Below are positions 40,351-49,927 of a stretch of DNA of 64,000 nucleotides, piece by piece; position 1 is the stretch's first letter, and each line of letters opens with the position of its first letter. Where the stretch lies: positions 16,392 through 80,391 of IMG/VR virus record IMGVR_UViG_3300042881_004673; one strand, given 5' to 3'. The DNA comes from a virus. The position numbers and the translations under genes were made by a program. Below the pieces are notes generated by a model. It did not search any database and was not told where the DNA came from. It saw only the letters and a program-made list of their open reading frames with translations.

Positions 40351-40677
40351 ATGAGAAGAGATATAAGACTAACAGAAAGAGATTTAACAAGACTCGTTAA
40401 AAGAATTGTTAGAGAAGAAGATGAATTTGATATAGAACAAACAGTTATGGACGCAGGAGAATTTGAAGTTGAAGATATCCCTGAAGAATGTAAAGGGAAT
40501 GACCCTGGAATGTCAAAAATTGATATGTTAACTGGATGTATTGGTAGTATAACAAAAAAATCAACGTCTTTAACGTCGGCATTAACGGCTCTAACCGCCC
40601 TATTGACTACGGCTGAGACTGAATCTGCCGCTAGCACTGTTGCAGAGTCAAGAAGAAGAAGATATAGAAATTATTAA
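40351..40677 (+). CDS. leader-tagged hypothetical protein
   Basis: MRRDIRLTERDLTRLVKRIVREE; ends VAESRRRRYRNY. Confidence 0.8.
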   Translation: MRRDIRLTERDLTRLVKRIVREEDEFDIEQTVMDAGEFEVEDIPEECKGNDPGMSKIDMLTGCIGSITKKSTSLTSALTALTALLTTAETESAASTVAESRRRRYRNY

Positions 40678-40703
40678 ATAACTAATATAATTTTTATTTA
40701 ATC

Positions 40704-40729
40704 ACCCACCCCAATAAGGTGGGTTTTTT
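40704..40729 (+). terminator. intrinsic terminator
   Basis: ACCCACC/GGTGGGT + T-run. Confidence 0.8.
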
Positions 40730-40752
40730 ATTTTACAAGGTATTTATCTCAT

Positions 40753-41337
40753 ATGAAGATTATAATTTCTGAATCCCAATATTCAAATATTTTTGAATCT
40801 AATAACGAGAAGCAATCAAACCTCATCTATAAAATGTGGAATGATGGTATGGATATTTATGAGATATCAGAATTAATAGGTCTGAAAGAATCTCAAGTTA
40901 TTTATTATCTTAAAGATAAAGAAATTAGAATTAGTTGTGATTTATCATATATAATTATCCAAATACTTTATAGAACAAGTTTAATTAATAAAAACTTTAA
41001 CTTTAATAACGGAGAAATGATTCTAAACTTAAATTGGGATAGTTTTGGTGGGTCTGTTAATTTTGAATATGAAGATAAAAAATATAAATTGTCAGGGATG
41101 GCAACACCTTATTGGGATGGAAACTGCTCAACACCGGTTGATGGTTCTTATTTTGAAGATATAGAGTCAGGAGATTACTATGATGAATATGATAATTCAG
41201 GTATTAGAACAGATTACACACCATCTAAATTTAAATCGATTCAAGAACTCATTGATTTTTTAAATAACGAATACCCTAAATTGTTAATTTCACCAATAAA
41301 GGAATTGATTCATTATTTTAAAAATAAATATATGTAA
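40753..41337 (+). CDS. leader-tagged hypothetical protein
   Basis: MKIIISESQYSNIFES; ATPYWDG. Confidence 0.75.
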   Translation: MKIIISESQYSNIFESNNEKQSNLIYKMWNDGMDIYEISELIGLKESQVIYYLKDKEIRISCDLSYIIIQILYRTSLINKNFNFNNGEMILNLNWDSFGGSVNFEYEDKKYKLSGMATPYWDGNCSTPVDGSYFEDIESGDYYDEYDNSGIRTDYTPSKFKSIQELIDFLNNEYPKLLISPIKELIHYFKNKYM

Positions 41338-41342
41338 ATTAT

Positions 41343-41756
41343 ATGATATCTGAAAAACACATAGAAAGAATTAATAAGGTGATCAAAGACATGGTCTTTG
41401 ATTATGATGGTAAAATATTTACTCCTGACTTAAATATTGATTTTCAGTATCAATTTATAATCACTGGCCAAAGAAGAATGATTTCTGTTGGAGAATATTA
41501 CGATCATTTGGATGTGTTAGTTGAGATTATTGATGGTAACGAAAGAACCACTAAGTTTTTTGTTGTTTTTAAAACTTTGAATGATAATTTAAACAAAGAT
41601 TATATGTTAACCAATTATTTGGGAAATTCAATTAGTGATGAGTTATCTTATTTCTTTGGTGAAGATTATGTTAGAGTTAGACTTGTAAAAATACAATTTA
41701 GTGAAGAATATAACCAAAAAATAAATGATACGAGTTTAAAAATCCTAAAAAAATAA
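41343..41756 (+). CDS. hypothetical protein
   Basis: 137-aa ORF. Confidence 0.7.
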   Translation: MISEKHIERINKVIKDMVFDYDGKIFTPDLNIDFQYQFIITGQRRMISVGEYYDHLDVLVEIIDGNERTTKFFVVFKTLNDNLNKDYMLTNYLGNSISDELSYFFGEDYVRVRLVKIQFSEEYNQKINDTSLKILKK

Positions 41757-41769
41757 CTATATATTATAT

Positions 41770-42249
41770 ATGTCAAGAAAAATAGAACAATATCCTGATA
41801 AGGCGATTAGACCAATTTTACTTTCAATTGTTGAATCTTTAGAAAACGATGGAGTGTTTATTGCAGATATGAGAGAAGACTATGAAAATGAATTCCAACA
41901 GTCATACCCAATTATTGAATCAGAGTTGGAAAGTTATGGTTTAGAAAACGAATTTGAAGATGTCACTTACATTATGTATTTATTTATTAATAACCCAAAT
42001 TTTACGACAGAACCAATTAATAGACCTGAATTAAAAAAATATGAAATTTTACATATTGTGGATAGAACAATTAATGTCCATGATACTTATTTAACTAATT
42101 TTGATAGTTATATTCCACTAACAAAAGATATTTTACGAGACATGCAATCCGATAGTTTATATGAACCATATGAAGGTGAAGAAATTGATTCGGAACATAT
42201 GGATTCAGATTGGAATGATGATTGGATTGATGAAATTAATGAGGTTTAA
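41770..42249 (+). CDS. acidic hypothetical protein, paralog of 38224
   Basis: Shared motifs listed under 38224. Confidence 0.75.
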   Translation: MSRKIEQYPDKAIRPILLSIVESLENDGVFIADMREDYENEFQQSYPIIESELESYGLENEFEDVTYIMYLFINNPNFTTEPINRPELKKYEILHIVDRTINVHDTYLTNFDSYIPLTKDILRDMQSDSLYEPYEGEEIDSEHMDSDWNDDWIDEINEV

Positions 42250-42280
42250 TTTTTAATTTTTTGTTTTATATTTGTTATTA

Positions 42281-42598
42281 ATGAAAAGAGCAAGTGTGAA
42301 ATTATTTGATTTGGTTTATGGTGAATTAATTCCCGTAGAATCAAAAATCTTTGGTAAAATGGTTTTTATATTTTATACCATAGATGATCAATTAAGACCA
42401 CAGATTGTTTATTATCCATCAACTAAAGAAATAAAAACTTTAAGATCTCTTGAAATTGAGTTCTCAGAATTCATTCCACTTCAAAGAGACGAATTCATTC
42501 TACAATTTTCTAATTGGATTAGAGAGAGGTATTACGATGAAATGTTATTTAAAGGAATTGATTACATTGACTTTTTAGAAGAACTACTGGTTTTTTAA
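42281..42598 (+). CDS. hypothetical protein (early-type promoter)
   Basis: Start re-called to ATG 42281 after TATATTTG 42267. Confidence 0.65.
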   Translation: MKRASVKLFDLVYGELIPVESKIFGKMVFIFYTIDDQLRPQIVYYPSTKEIKTLRSLEIEFSEFIPLQRDEFILQFSNWIRERYYDEMLFKGIDYIDFLEELLVF

Positions 42599-42643
42599 TT
42601 AAACTTTTATTTCCTTATTGTATTTATTAACTATATATGTATT

Positions 42644-42823
42644 ATGAATAATGAACAAAAGGCCGAAAAGTATAATCAACTAATGTATGAATATACAAAA
42701 ACACAAAACAAAATTTCCTCAATCAAGGGTGAATCACTTAATTTAAACGAAAACCAACTAAAAGAAATAAAACTTCTTGAGGGTAAATTGGAGTTAATTA
42801 TGAGAACCGCATCTTTTTTATAA
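42644..42823 (+). CDS. small coiled-coil protein (59 aa); not in the ORF track
   Basis: MNNEQKAEKYNQLMYEYTKTQNKISSIKGE...TASFL*; TATTTAT at 42621. Confidence 0.65.
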   Translation: MNNEQKAEKYNQLMYEYTKTQNKISSIKGESLNLNENQLKEIKLLEGKLELIMRTASFL

Positions 42824-42868
42824 AGATTTTAATTATTTTAAGTATTTATACATATAAAATAATGTATC

Positions 42869-43345
42869 ATGGGTCAATTTATAGTTTCTGAAAGTGAAAA
42901 AAAACAAATAAGACTTCTTTATGAGGTAAACAAACCATTACCACAAGCATCAAATTTTGTTAAGACTTTGGCAAGATATTTAAACATAGAACCAAGCGCT
43001 ATAATTGGTCTTGATTGGTCTTTATATAAAAATGATAATGACATAAAAACACAATTAGTTAATCTTTTTGAAACATCAAAAAAAACCGTAACTAACAAAA
43101 TTAACAATGTTAAACTTAATACTTCACTATTTAATGTCTTAAAGCAAAAATTAATTTCATATGTTCCAAATGATGCAACAAAAGAACAAAAAGATTATTT
43201 TGATGAAATAAAAAAAGGACTCACAACAGATCAAACAACCACAACAGTTAAACAAAATCAACCAACTTCAAATGTGTATAGCTTTGATAGCTTCCAACCA
43301 ACTCAAACAAAACCCACTTTATCGAGATTTCAATCACTTATTTAA
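42869..43345 (+). CDS. leader-tagged hypothetical protein
   Basis: MGQFIVSESEKKQIRLLYE. Confidence 0.75.
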   Translation: MGQFIVSESEKKQIRLLYEVNKPLPQASNFVKTLARYLNIEPSAIIGLDWSLYKNDNDIKTQLVNLFETSKKTVTNKINNVKLNTSLFNVLKQKLISYVPNDATKEQKDYFDEIKKGLTTDQTTTTVKQNQPTSNVYSFDSFQPTQTKPTLSRFQSLI

Positions 43346-43419
43346 ACATAATACATAAATTTAATTATAGTTATATTAAAATATTTAGTTTATGGTATAT
43401 TTATATATAAAAATATTAT

Positions 43420-43755
43420 ATGATAAATGAGTCAGATATAAAAAGAATAGTTAAAAAAGTAAAATCCGATAATATAAATGAAGGATTATTTGACACGTTT
43501 TTTGGTCGTGGATATTCTGGATACGCAAATGACCTATCAGAAATTATGGAAGATCTTATTTCTAACGTATATTATGATAAAAATTTAATTGCGTCAGTTA
43601 AAAACCTTTATTACGATATTAAAGATTCAAATCTTGACAGAAGACAAAAACAAGAATTAACCGATATTATAGGTGGATTATATCAAACTTTAGAAAGTTC
43701 AAAAAATAATTTAGAAAGATATCTTAAAAGAATAGAAAGATTAAATAGAATATAA
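43420..43755 (+). CDS. leader-tagged helical protein
   Basis: MINESDIKRIVKKV...INE-GLFD. Confidence 0.75.
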   Translation: MINESDIKRIVKKVKSDNINEGLFDTFFGRGYSGYANDLSEIMEDLISNVYYDKNLIASVKNLYYDIKDSNLDRRQKQELTDIIGGLYQTLESSKNNLERYLKRIERLNRI

Positions 43756-43762
43756 AAAAATT

Positions 43763-44017
43763 ATGGGATTTAAAATATATATTACGGAAAAACAATTAGA
43801 CGTGGTTCTTAAAGATTTAATGTTAGTTGAGCAATATCCTCTATTACCAAATCAAGATACCCCACAATTAACCCACATTAAAAAAAAGAAAATAATGCCA
43901 GTCCCTAATCCGAAGAAATATTCAAAATAAAGAGTCTGCGCTAGACTACTAAAAAAACATGTGTCAGAATTTAAAAAAGTAATCTACGCTTTTGGTTTAA
44001 CTAAAGGATTAAAATAA
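43763..44017 (+). pseudogene. leader-tagged small ORF (43763-43930), possibly interrupted by a premature TAA
   Basis: MGFKIYITEKQLDVVLKDLMLVE...KYSK*; the same frame stays open for 28 more codons to 44017. Confidence 0.4.
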
Positions 44018-44091
44018 ACAAAAAACGATAAAGTAATTTATTAAAATAAACTTTTAAAAATAAATAGATATTTATATAAAAAACAAAAAAA

Positions 44092-44652
44092 ATGGGAAAA
44101 AAAATTAGACTAACAGAATCTGCATTTCATTCTTTAATTAGAAGACTTGTTATTGAAACTAAAGAAAAAATGGACGACGAGGATTCGGATCATGATGATA
44201 TGGACAATGAAAGTGATTACTCAGAAATGAGTAAGGAAATGGCGGTTAAAAAAATCTCCACTTATCTAAAAAGACGACTATCAAAAAATCAAGAAGAAAA
44301 ATTAAAAGATAAAATACAAGATAAAATAGAAATAGAGGAGTCAAGAAGAAGATATGGTAGATATCTAAATGAAGAGGATGACGAAGATAAAAATTTATCA
44401 TCAAGAAAATCTGACCGTAAAGAAAAAATTGTAATTGGGGCTGGCGCTGGTATATCAGTAACAGGAGCGGTTGCAGCACTTGGATCAATTATGGGTTATT
44501 CCGAAAGTCAATTGACAAGTTTAATTCACGATATTACAGCAAATGCTGGTCTTGGTAATTTTACAGGTCCTGTAACATACGCTATGATTGCCGCTGGTAT
44601 AGCACTACTATTTAAAGGTCTTGATATGAAACATAGAAGAAAAAACTCTTAA
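44092..44652 (+). CDS. leader-tagged protein with two TM segments
   Basis: MGKKIRLTESAFHSLIRRLVIE; internal EESRRRYGRYLNEE; hydrophobic C-terminal half. Confidence 0.8.
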   Translation: MGKKIRLTESAFHSLIRRLVIETKEKMDDEDSDHDDMDNESDYSEMSKEMAVKKISTYLKRRLSKNQEEKLKDKIQDKIEIEESRRRYGRYLNEEDDEDKNLSSRKSDRKEKIVIGAGAGISVTGAVAALGSIMGYSESQLTSLIHDITANAGLGNFTGPVTYAMIAAGIALLFKGLDMKHRRKNS

Positions 44653-44666
44653 TATCATTTAAAATA

Positions 44667-44695
44667 AAAAAACCCATCTATTCGATGGGTTTTTT
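44667..44695. terminator. bidirectional terminator between convergent genes
   Basis: AAAAAACCCATC-TATTC-GATGGGTTTTTT. Confidence 0.8.
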
Positions 44696-45022
44696 GTTTT
44701 CTAAATATTTTTCCAAAATTAAAATAATTTCATCAATCTCTTCTTTATCTTCATTGCTAACCAACTTTAATTTTTTATGTTTAATTATATATTTCCACAT
44801 AAATAAATAATGAAGAATAATCACCAATAATATTGTAATAAAAGTTATATCAACAAAAATTAAATATGGGATAACCATAAAGATAAAAGTTATAATAAAA
44901 TTATATTTGTCAGAATTAGATCTAACTAAACTTTTATAACCACGAATAACCTTTTCTAATTCTTTTTGTGGTAGATCTTTATAAAGACTAGCCTCCTTTT
45001 TAATTTTTAACATATCTTTCAT
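44678..45022 (-). CDS. membrane protein (2 TM)
   Basis: Hydrophobic core; TATATTTG on the minus strand at 45041-45048. Confidence 0.7.
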   Translation of the reverse strand: MKDMLKIKKEASLYKDLPQKELEKVIRGYKSLVRSNSDKYNFIITFIFMVIPYLIFVDITFITILLVIILHYLFMWKYIIKHKKLKLVSNEDKEEIDEIILILEKYLENKKPIE

Positions 45023-45072
45023 ATTAATTAACGATAATTACAAATATATTAATAAAAAATTAATTTAAAAAA

Positions 45073-45498
45073 TTATTCTACAGAAATTAATTCTAATTCA
45101 AAAATTAAATTTTTTCCGGACAACGGATGGTTAGCGTCTAAAACAATGTTATCTTCATTAATTTCTTTAACAACAACATTCATTGGTCCTTGTGGTGTTG
45201 TTGTTTGTAACATTTGACCGACCTCAATATTTTCAGGAACTCTGTCTTTTGGAACTTCAGCAATTAACTCCTCTTTTCTTTCACCATAAGCGTCCATGTA
45301 ATCAATCTCAATTGTTTTTTTATCGCCTTCTTTCATGCCAATCAAACCCTTCTCAAATCCAGGAATCAAAGACCCTTTGCCCAAAGTTGCTGCTAATGGT
45401 TCTCTACCTTCAGTTAAAGAAGAATCAAAAATAGACCCATCTTCTAATTTACCCGTGTAATTTACAGTCACGGAACTGTTTACATCTACAATTTTCAT
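45073..45498 (-). CDS. FKBP-type peptidyl-prolyl isomerase (SlyD/SlpA-like, with IF domain)
   Basis: VNYTGKLEDGSIFDSS, LIPGFEKGL.GM..G, AYG, LDANHPLSGK.L.F. Confidence 0.95.
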   Translation of the reverse strand: MKIVDVNSSVTVNYTGKLEDGSIFDSSLTEGREPLAATLGKGSLIPGFEKGLIGMKEGDKKTIEIDYMDAYGERKEELIAEVPKDRVPENIEVGQMLQTTTPQGPMNVVVKEINEDNIVLDANHPLSGKNLIFELELISVE

Positions 45499-45713
45499 AT
45501 TTTAAATTTTTTATAAAATATAAACAACGGATTTAAATATGTAAAATGGTATTTATTAAATTATGGTAAATTTTTAAATCTATCTTGATAAGTTTAATCA
45601 TTTTACATACAATTTATACCTAATGGTTAAATTCTAATGTTAAAAATTAGCAATTGTCTCCGTTTAATTTTTATTTAATAACAACTCAACCAAATTAAAC
45701 TCGTATTTATAGT

Positions 45714-48170
45714 ATGAAACATTTATTACTTTTATTTTTATTTCCCCTTTTTGTTTATTCGCAATATTGTCCGGCTTTAGGGCCAGATCAACTATTACCT
45801 TGTGGTGTTAACTCAACCACTTTAACGGCGGACTTAAGTCAGTGTGGGCCTGGTGGACCAAATCCAAATCAAACAACAAACTACGGTGTAACAAACATTC
45901 CTTATGTTGCCCAAGCCAACACAGGAACACAAGTCTTTTTAGGTGATGATGCAATATCTCAACCACAAAACATAGGGTTTACCTTTTGTTTTTTTGGAAA
46001 TACATACACACAGTTCTACATTGGATCTAATGGATGGATTGGTTTTTCAGGTGGTCAACCAGCAACCTTTGCGTCAGTTGCAATTCCTAATGGTGGGTTA
46101 AATGTTCCAAAGAATTGTATTATGGGTCCTTGGCAAGACTGGCACCCGGGCATCGGCGGGCAAATCAGATATCAAATTAGTGGAGTTGCCCCTTGTAGAA
46201 AATTAACAGTTAGTTGGATTAACGTTCCTATGTATTTGTGCACTAATTTACAAGGTAATTTTCATATTGTAATCTATGAATCAACAAATGTAATTGAAAA
46301 CCACATACAGAGTAAACCAAATTGTCCTAATTGGGCTCTTGGAACAGCAGTTCAAGGGATTCATAACCAACCGGGAACTATTGGTATTGTTGTCCCTGGT
46401 AGAAACTCAACACAATGGTCAACTCAAAACAACTCATATAGATGGACACCAAGTGGTCCTACAGTTCAACCTGTATTAACATGGTATCAAGTAGGTAATC
46501 CAAATCCAATCGGAACGGGCCCTACAATCACAGTTACACCCCCTCTTGCTGGCGCAAATTACACTTGTCATTTAGTTTATCCTATTTGTAATGCCGGATG
46601 GTCAACCTGTAACGCAGGTATTGGTAATTTAGGGCCCGACACTGTCTTTGTTGCACCAGGTCCACCACAATTGCCACCACCAAATTTAGTTCTACAAGAC
46701 CCAAACTGTAATAATGGGTGTAATGGATCAATTACTGTGGTTCCTAATGGTGGAACAGGAGTAACAACTATCTCTTGGAACGGTGGATCAACAAACTTAA
46801 CCCTAAACAACTTATGTAGTGGTAACTATTTGTTTAATTTAGTGGATGCCGCAGGTTGCACATACAGTGGATCAGCAACTTTACTTAATCCCCCACCATT
46901 ACAATCCCCCCAATTTGTGAATATCAACCCAACTTGCTTTGGTTATTGTGATGGAACATCAACTGTAAACCCAATTGATGGTGTTGCACCATATACATTC
47001 CTTTGGGGTAACAGTCAAACCACTCAAACGGCAACAAATCTATGTTCAGGACAACAAACTGTTACGGTTTATGATCAATATAACTGCCCCGCACAAGGAA
47101 CAACAACATTGATTGATCCTCCAATGGTTACAATCAACCAAATCACAGGTTTAGATACGGTTTGTTATAACTCTACAGTCAATCCTTATGGTGTTACAAG
47201 TGTTTTCCCTAACTTAGGGTATGTTTGGACTAACACAATAGGAAATATCACTACAGGACAAGGGACAGACCAAATAAATTTAGATGTTACTGGTGTAAAT
47301 GGGGGTAATTACCCTAACTCACTATCGGTTATTGGTGTTAATCAACTTGGATGTCAGTCATTACCTGAAACTTTTAACCTTGTTGTGTTAAATATTCTTC
47401 CATCAATCACTCAAGTTGGTCCATTTTGTGAATATGACAACTGTATTAACCTAAATGGTACCCCACAAGGTGGAATTTTTAGTGGATTAAACGTTTGGGG
47501 TGGACAATACTGTCCAAATAACGGATTTATTGGTCTTGATGTTGTGAATTACAACTATATTCAGTCAGGTTGTTTGTTTAATACATCAATAAATGTTCAA
47601 GTATACCCAAGACCACTCATTTCTCCTGTTGTAAACGGTGTTGTTTTTGAAAATACCGAGTATCATGAGATATGTGAGGGAGATACCATTACCGATATCT
47701 TTGATGCAGTGTCTGCAAGTGGTGGATATAACGAATGGTACTCGTTTGGAGACACAACAATTAGTCAAACATTAAATATTACTTGGGATCAAGATGGAAT
47801 ATTCCAATTTCAAGTGGTTAGATGGGACAATGGATGTGTTTCTAACCCCGAAAACTTCATTGTAACCTTAGAATTGTGTCCAAATGAGATATTTTACATA
47901 CCAAACGCCTTTACACCTAATGGTGATGAAAGAAATAACACATTTAAACCCATAATTACGTCAGGAGTAGACGTTTTTAACTATGTATTTGTAATATATA
48001 ACCGTTGGGGACAGATAATATGGGAATCTTATAACACAAACATGGGTTGGGATGGTAATTATGACGATAAACCATGTCAAGATGGTGTTTATACTTGGAA
48101 ATTAAGATTTAAAACACCTAAAACTGACAAAATAAATGAATTTATAGGTAATTTAACATTAGTTAAATAG
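45714..48170 (+). CDS. T9SS type-B substrate: signal peptide, SprB-like repeats, gliding-motility (CHU_C) C-terminal domain
   Basis: MKHLLLLFLFPLFVYSQ; PNCNNGCNGSI...LC.G.Y...D..GC repeats; YIPNAFTPNGD..N..F...IYNRWGQ...WDG...GVY. Confidence 0.9.
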   Translation: MKHLLLLFLFPLFVYSQYCPALGPDQLLPCGVNSTTLTADLSQCGPGGPNPNQTTNYGVTNIPYVAQANTGTQVFLGDDAISQPQNIGFTFCFFGNTYTQFYIGSNGWIGFSGGQPATFASVAIPNGGLNVPKNCIMGPWQDWHPGIGGQIRYQISGVAPCRKLTVSWINVPMYLCTNLQGNFHIVIYESTNVIENHIQSKPNCPNWALGTAVQGIHNQPGTIGIVVPGRNSTQWSTQNNSYRWTPSGPTVQPVLTWYQVGNPNPIGTGPTITVTPPLAGANYTCHLVYPICNAGWSTCNAGIGNLGPDTVFVAPGPPQLPPPNLVLQDPNCNNGCNGSITVVPNGGTGVTTISWNGGSTNLTLNNLCSGNYLFNLVDAAGCTYSGSATLLNPPPLQSPQFVNINPTCFGYCDGTSTVNPIDGVAPYTFLWGNSQTTQTATNLCSGQQTVTVYDQYNCPAQGTTTLIDPPMVTINQITGLDTVCYNSTVNPYGVTSVFPNLGYVWTNTIGNITTGQGTDQINLDVTGVNGGNYPNSLSVIGVNQLGCQSLPETFNLVVLNILPSITQVGPFCEYDNCINLNGTPQGGIFSGLNVWGGQYCPNNGFIGLDVVNYNYIQSGCLFNTSINVQVYPRPLISPVVNGVVFENTEYHEICEGDTITDIFDAVSASGGYNEWYSFGDTTISQTLNITWDQDGIFQFQVVRWDNGCVSNPENFIVTLELCPNEIFYIPNAFTPNGDERNNTFKPIITSGVDVFNYVFVIYNRWGQIIWESYNTNMGWDGNYDDKPCQDGVYTWKLRFKTPKTDKINEFIGNLTLVK

Positions 48171-48185
48171 TAGATATTTATTTAT

Positions 48186-48845
48186 ATGAGTAAAAAACAA
48201 AATCCTAAGTTAAAAGAGGGTGATCGCATAGTTCTAATATACATGCCAGGTGAAGATGTTGATACAGGAACCAAAGGAAAGGTTAAAAGAATAGGTCAAC
48301 AACCTAGTTTTGGGTCAGAATTTGACTATATGTATGATGTAGAGTGGTATGATGACGATGAAAAGGTTATATCTACCCTATCTTTACTCCCACAGAGCGA
48401 TACTTGGATGTTAGATCGTGAATATAGTCAAAACGACCAAAATGACCTAAATGAAGGTAGAATTATAGATCTTGATGAGTTAATAAAACGACATGAGTGG
48501 TCAAGACTCTTTAAAAAGTCTGATTTAAAGTCTATTATGGAGTATTTAAACGCAATTAAACAATTGGGTGTGGTAAATATGTTTGAATCAGGTCAATTTT
48601 TAGGTAAAACTGAGGATTATTTGACCACATACTTTAATTTATACCGTAAACAACAAGATTTAGACGATAAAGATGAAGAATTGATTAAAAAAATCTTAGA
48701 AATGTCAGAAATGGTTAGAAATATCATGATTTCAGCCGCAGTTACTGATTTAGAACAGAAAAATAAAGAAATTACGGGATCATCAGCAACACATAGGGTA
48801 AATAGACTTGCAACTGAGGTTGTAAAATACTTTATGACTCAATAA
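48186..48845 (+). CDS. two-module protein (DUF4314-like SH3 fold + DUF5049-like)
   Basis: LKEGDRIVLIYM...GTKGKV; LNE junction; LNAIKQLGVVNMF. Confidence 0.5.
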   Translation: MSKKQNPKLKEGDRIVLIYMPGEDVDTGTKGKVKRIGQQPSFGSEFDYMYDVEWYDDDEKVISTLSLLPQSDTWMLDREYSQNDQNDLNEGRIIDLDELIKRHEWSRLFKKSDLKSIMEYLNAIKQLGVVNMFESGQFLGKTEDYLTTYFNLYRKQQDLDDKDEELIKKILEMSEMVRNIMISAAVTDLEQKNKEITGSSATHRVNRLATEVVKYFMTQ

Positions 48846-48917
48846 TAACGTTTTTTTTATTTAAACACTTGATTATATCATATAATTTGCTCATTTTTAC
48901 ATAAAAACAAACAAATT

Positions 48918-49190
48918 ATGACATTTTTATCAATTTCTTTACTAATTTTTAGTATAATTATTCTTTTTACAACCATTTTATTCATATATTGGTGGAAAAA
49001 ATACGGAAAATCACTATTTTTTACCTTAAAAGACCTAAAAAACATGCAAAATCCATCAAATTTTACTAAAAACCTTAATAATTTGGGTAATTTAGAAGAT
49101 TTTTACAAAAATATTGGTAGTTTTGGAGGTCAAATTGGTAATTTTAACCAAAGAATGGGTGAAATTGCTAAAAAAATAACTAAAAAATAG
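48918..49190 (+). CDS. single-pass membrane protein
   Basis: N-terminal hydrophobic helix followed by WWKKYGK. Confidence 0.65.
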   Translation: MTFLSISLLIFSIIILFTTILFIYWWKKYGKSLFFTLKDLKNMQNPSNFTKNLNNLGNLEDFYKNIGSFGGQIGNFNQRMGEIAKKITKK

Positions 49191-49245
49191 ATAAAATTCT
49201 CGAAAAAGACCTGTTTTTGGTCATTTTTTGTCTATATATATAACA

Positions 49246-49272
49246 AAAAAACCCCTAAAATAGGGGTTTTTT
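49246..49272. terminator. bidirectional terminator
   Basis: AAAAAACCCCTA-AAA-TAGGGGTTTTTT. Confidence 0.8.
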
Positions 49273-49343
49273 GATTAAAATAGAGGTTATTTTAGTCTTT
49301 TTGTATAATATCCTCAATAAAAAAATTAGTTATAATGTGGACG

Positions 49344-49871
49344 TTAAACTCCCTTAATTAAATTTAATGATTGTTTTAAATATTCTTTTGATCTTGGTGA
49401 TGGGGTAAATTCATCTTCTTTTGTTTGTAAATTTAAAACCCTTTCAATATCCTTAACTAATTCAGTTCCGTGTTCATTTTCCTTATATAATTCAATAATT
49501 TTGTCCATTGCTTTATGACAATCACCTGTTGTTTCATCATAATAATTTTTATTTCTAAACTTATTTAAATGATTCATCATTTCATAAGATAAATGGGAAC
49601 CACCATCTTTTACATCTTTAAATAACCTAATGTTATTTAAAATACCTAAAGTATCTACCATAGAATTAACGCCCATAGATCTTTTTGTGATACCAGGAGT
49701 GTATTTCGAGTATTCGTCAGATCTACCAACAATTTCTTCTAATGGTATAACGTTTTCGGGTATACATTTAGGTTTTTTAATTTCCTTTTTAGAATTAATC
49801 TCATTTTCCTCATTTAAAACAGATCTTACAATCTTATTTATTTTAAAGTCTAATAGTTTATTTGATCTCAT
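49344..49871 (-). CDS. leader-tagged hypothetical protein
   Basis: KINKIVRSVLNEE; divergent TATTTAT/ATAAATA pair at 49901-49918. Confidence 0.7.
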   Translation of the reverse strand: MRSNKLLDFKINKIVRSVLNEENEINSKKEIKKPKCIPENVIPLEEIVGRSDEYSKYTPGITKRSMGVNSMVDTLGILNNIRLFKDVKDGGSHLSYEMMNHLNKFRNKNYYDETTGDCHKAMDKIIELYKENEHGTELVKDIERVLNLQTKEDEFTPSPRSKEYLKQSLNLIKGV

Positions 49872-49927
49872 ATGTTTTGAAATTTTATTATTATATTTAG
49901 TATTTATATAAATAAATATACAATACT

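Noticed and set aside
28434-44652. Leaders as Sec/Tat signal peptides or as a diversity-generating retroelement
   Set aside because: The leaders lack a hydrophobic core. No reverse transcriptase is present in the window, and the repeats lie at 5' ends without evident adenine-specific variation.
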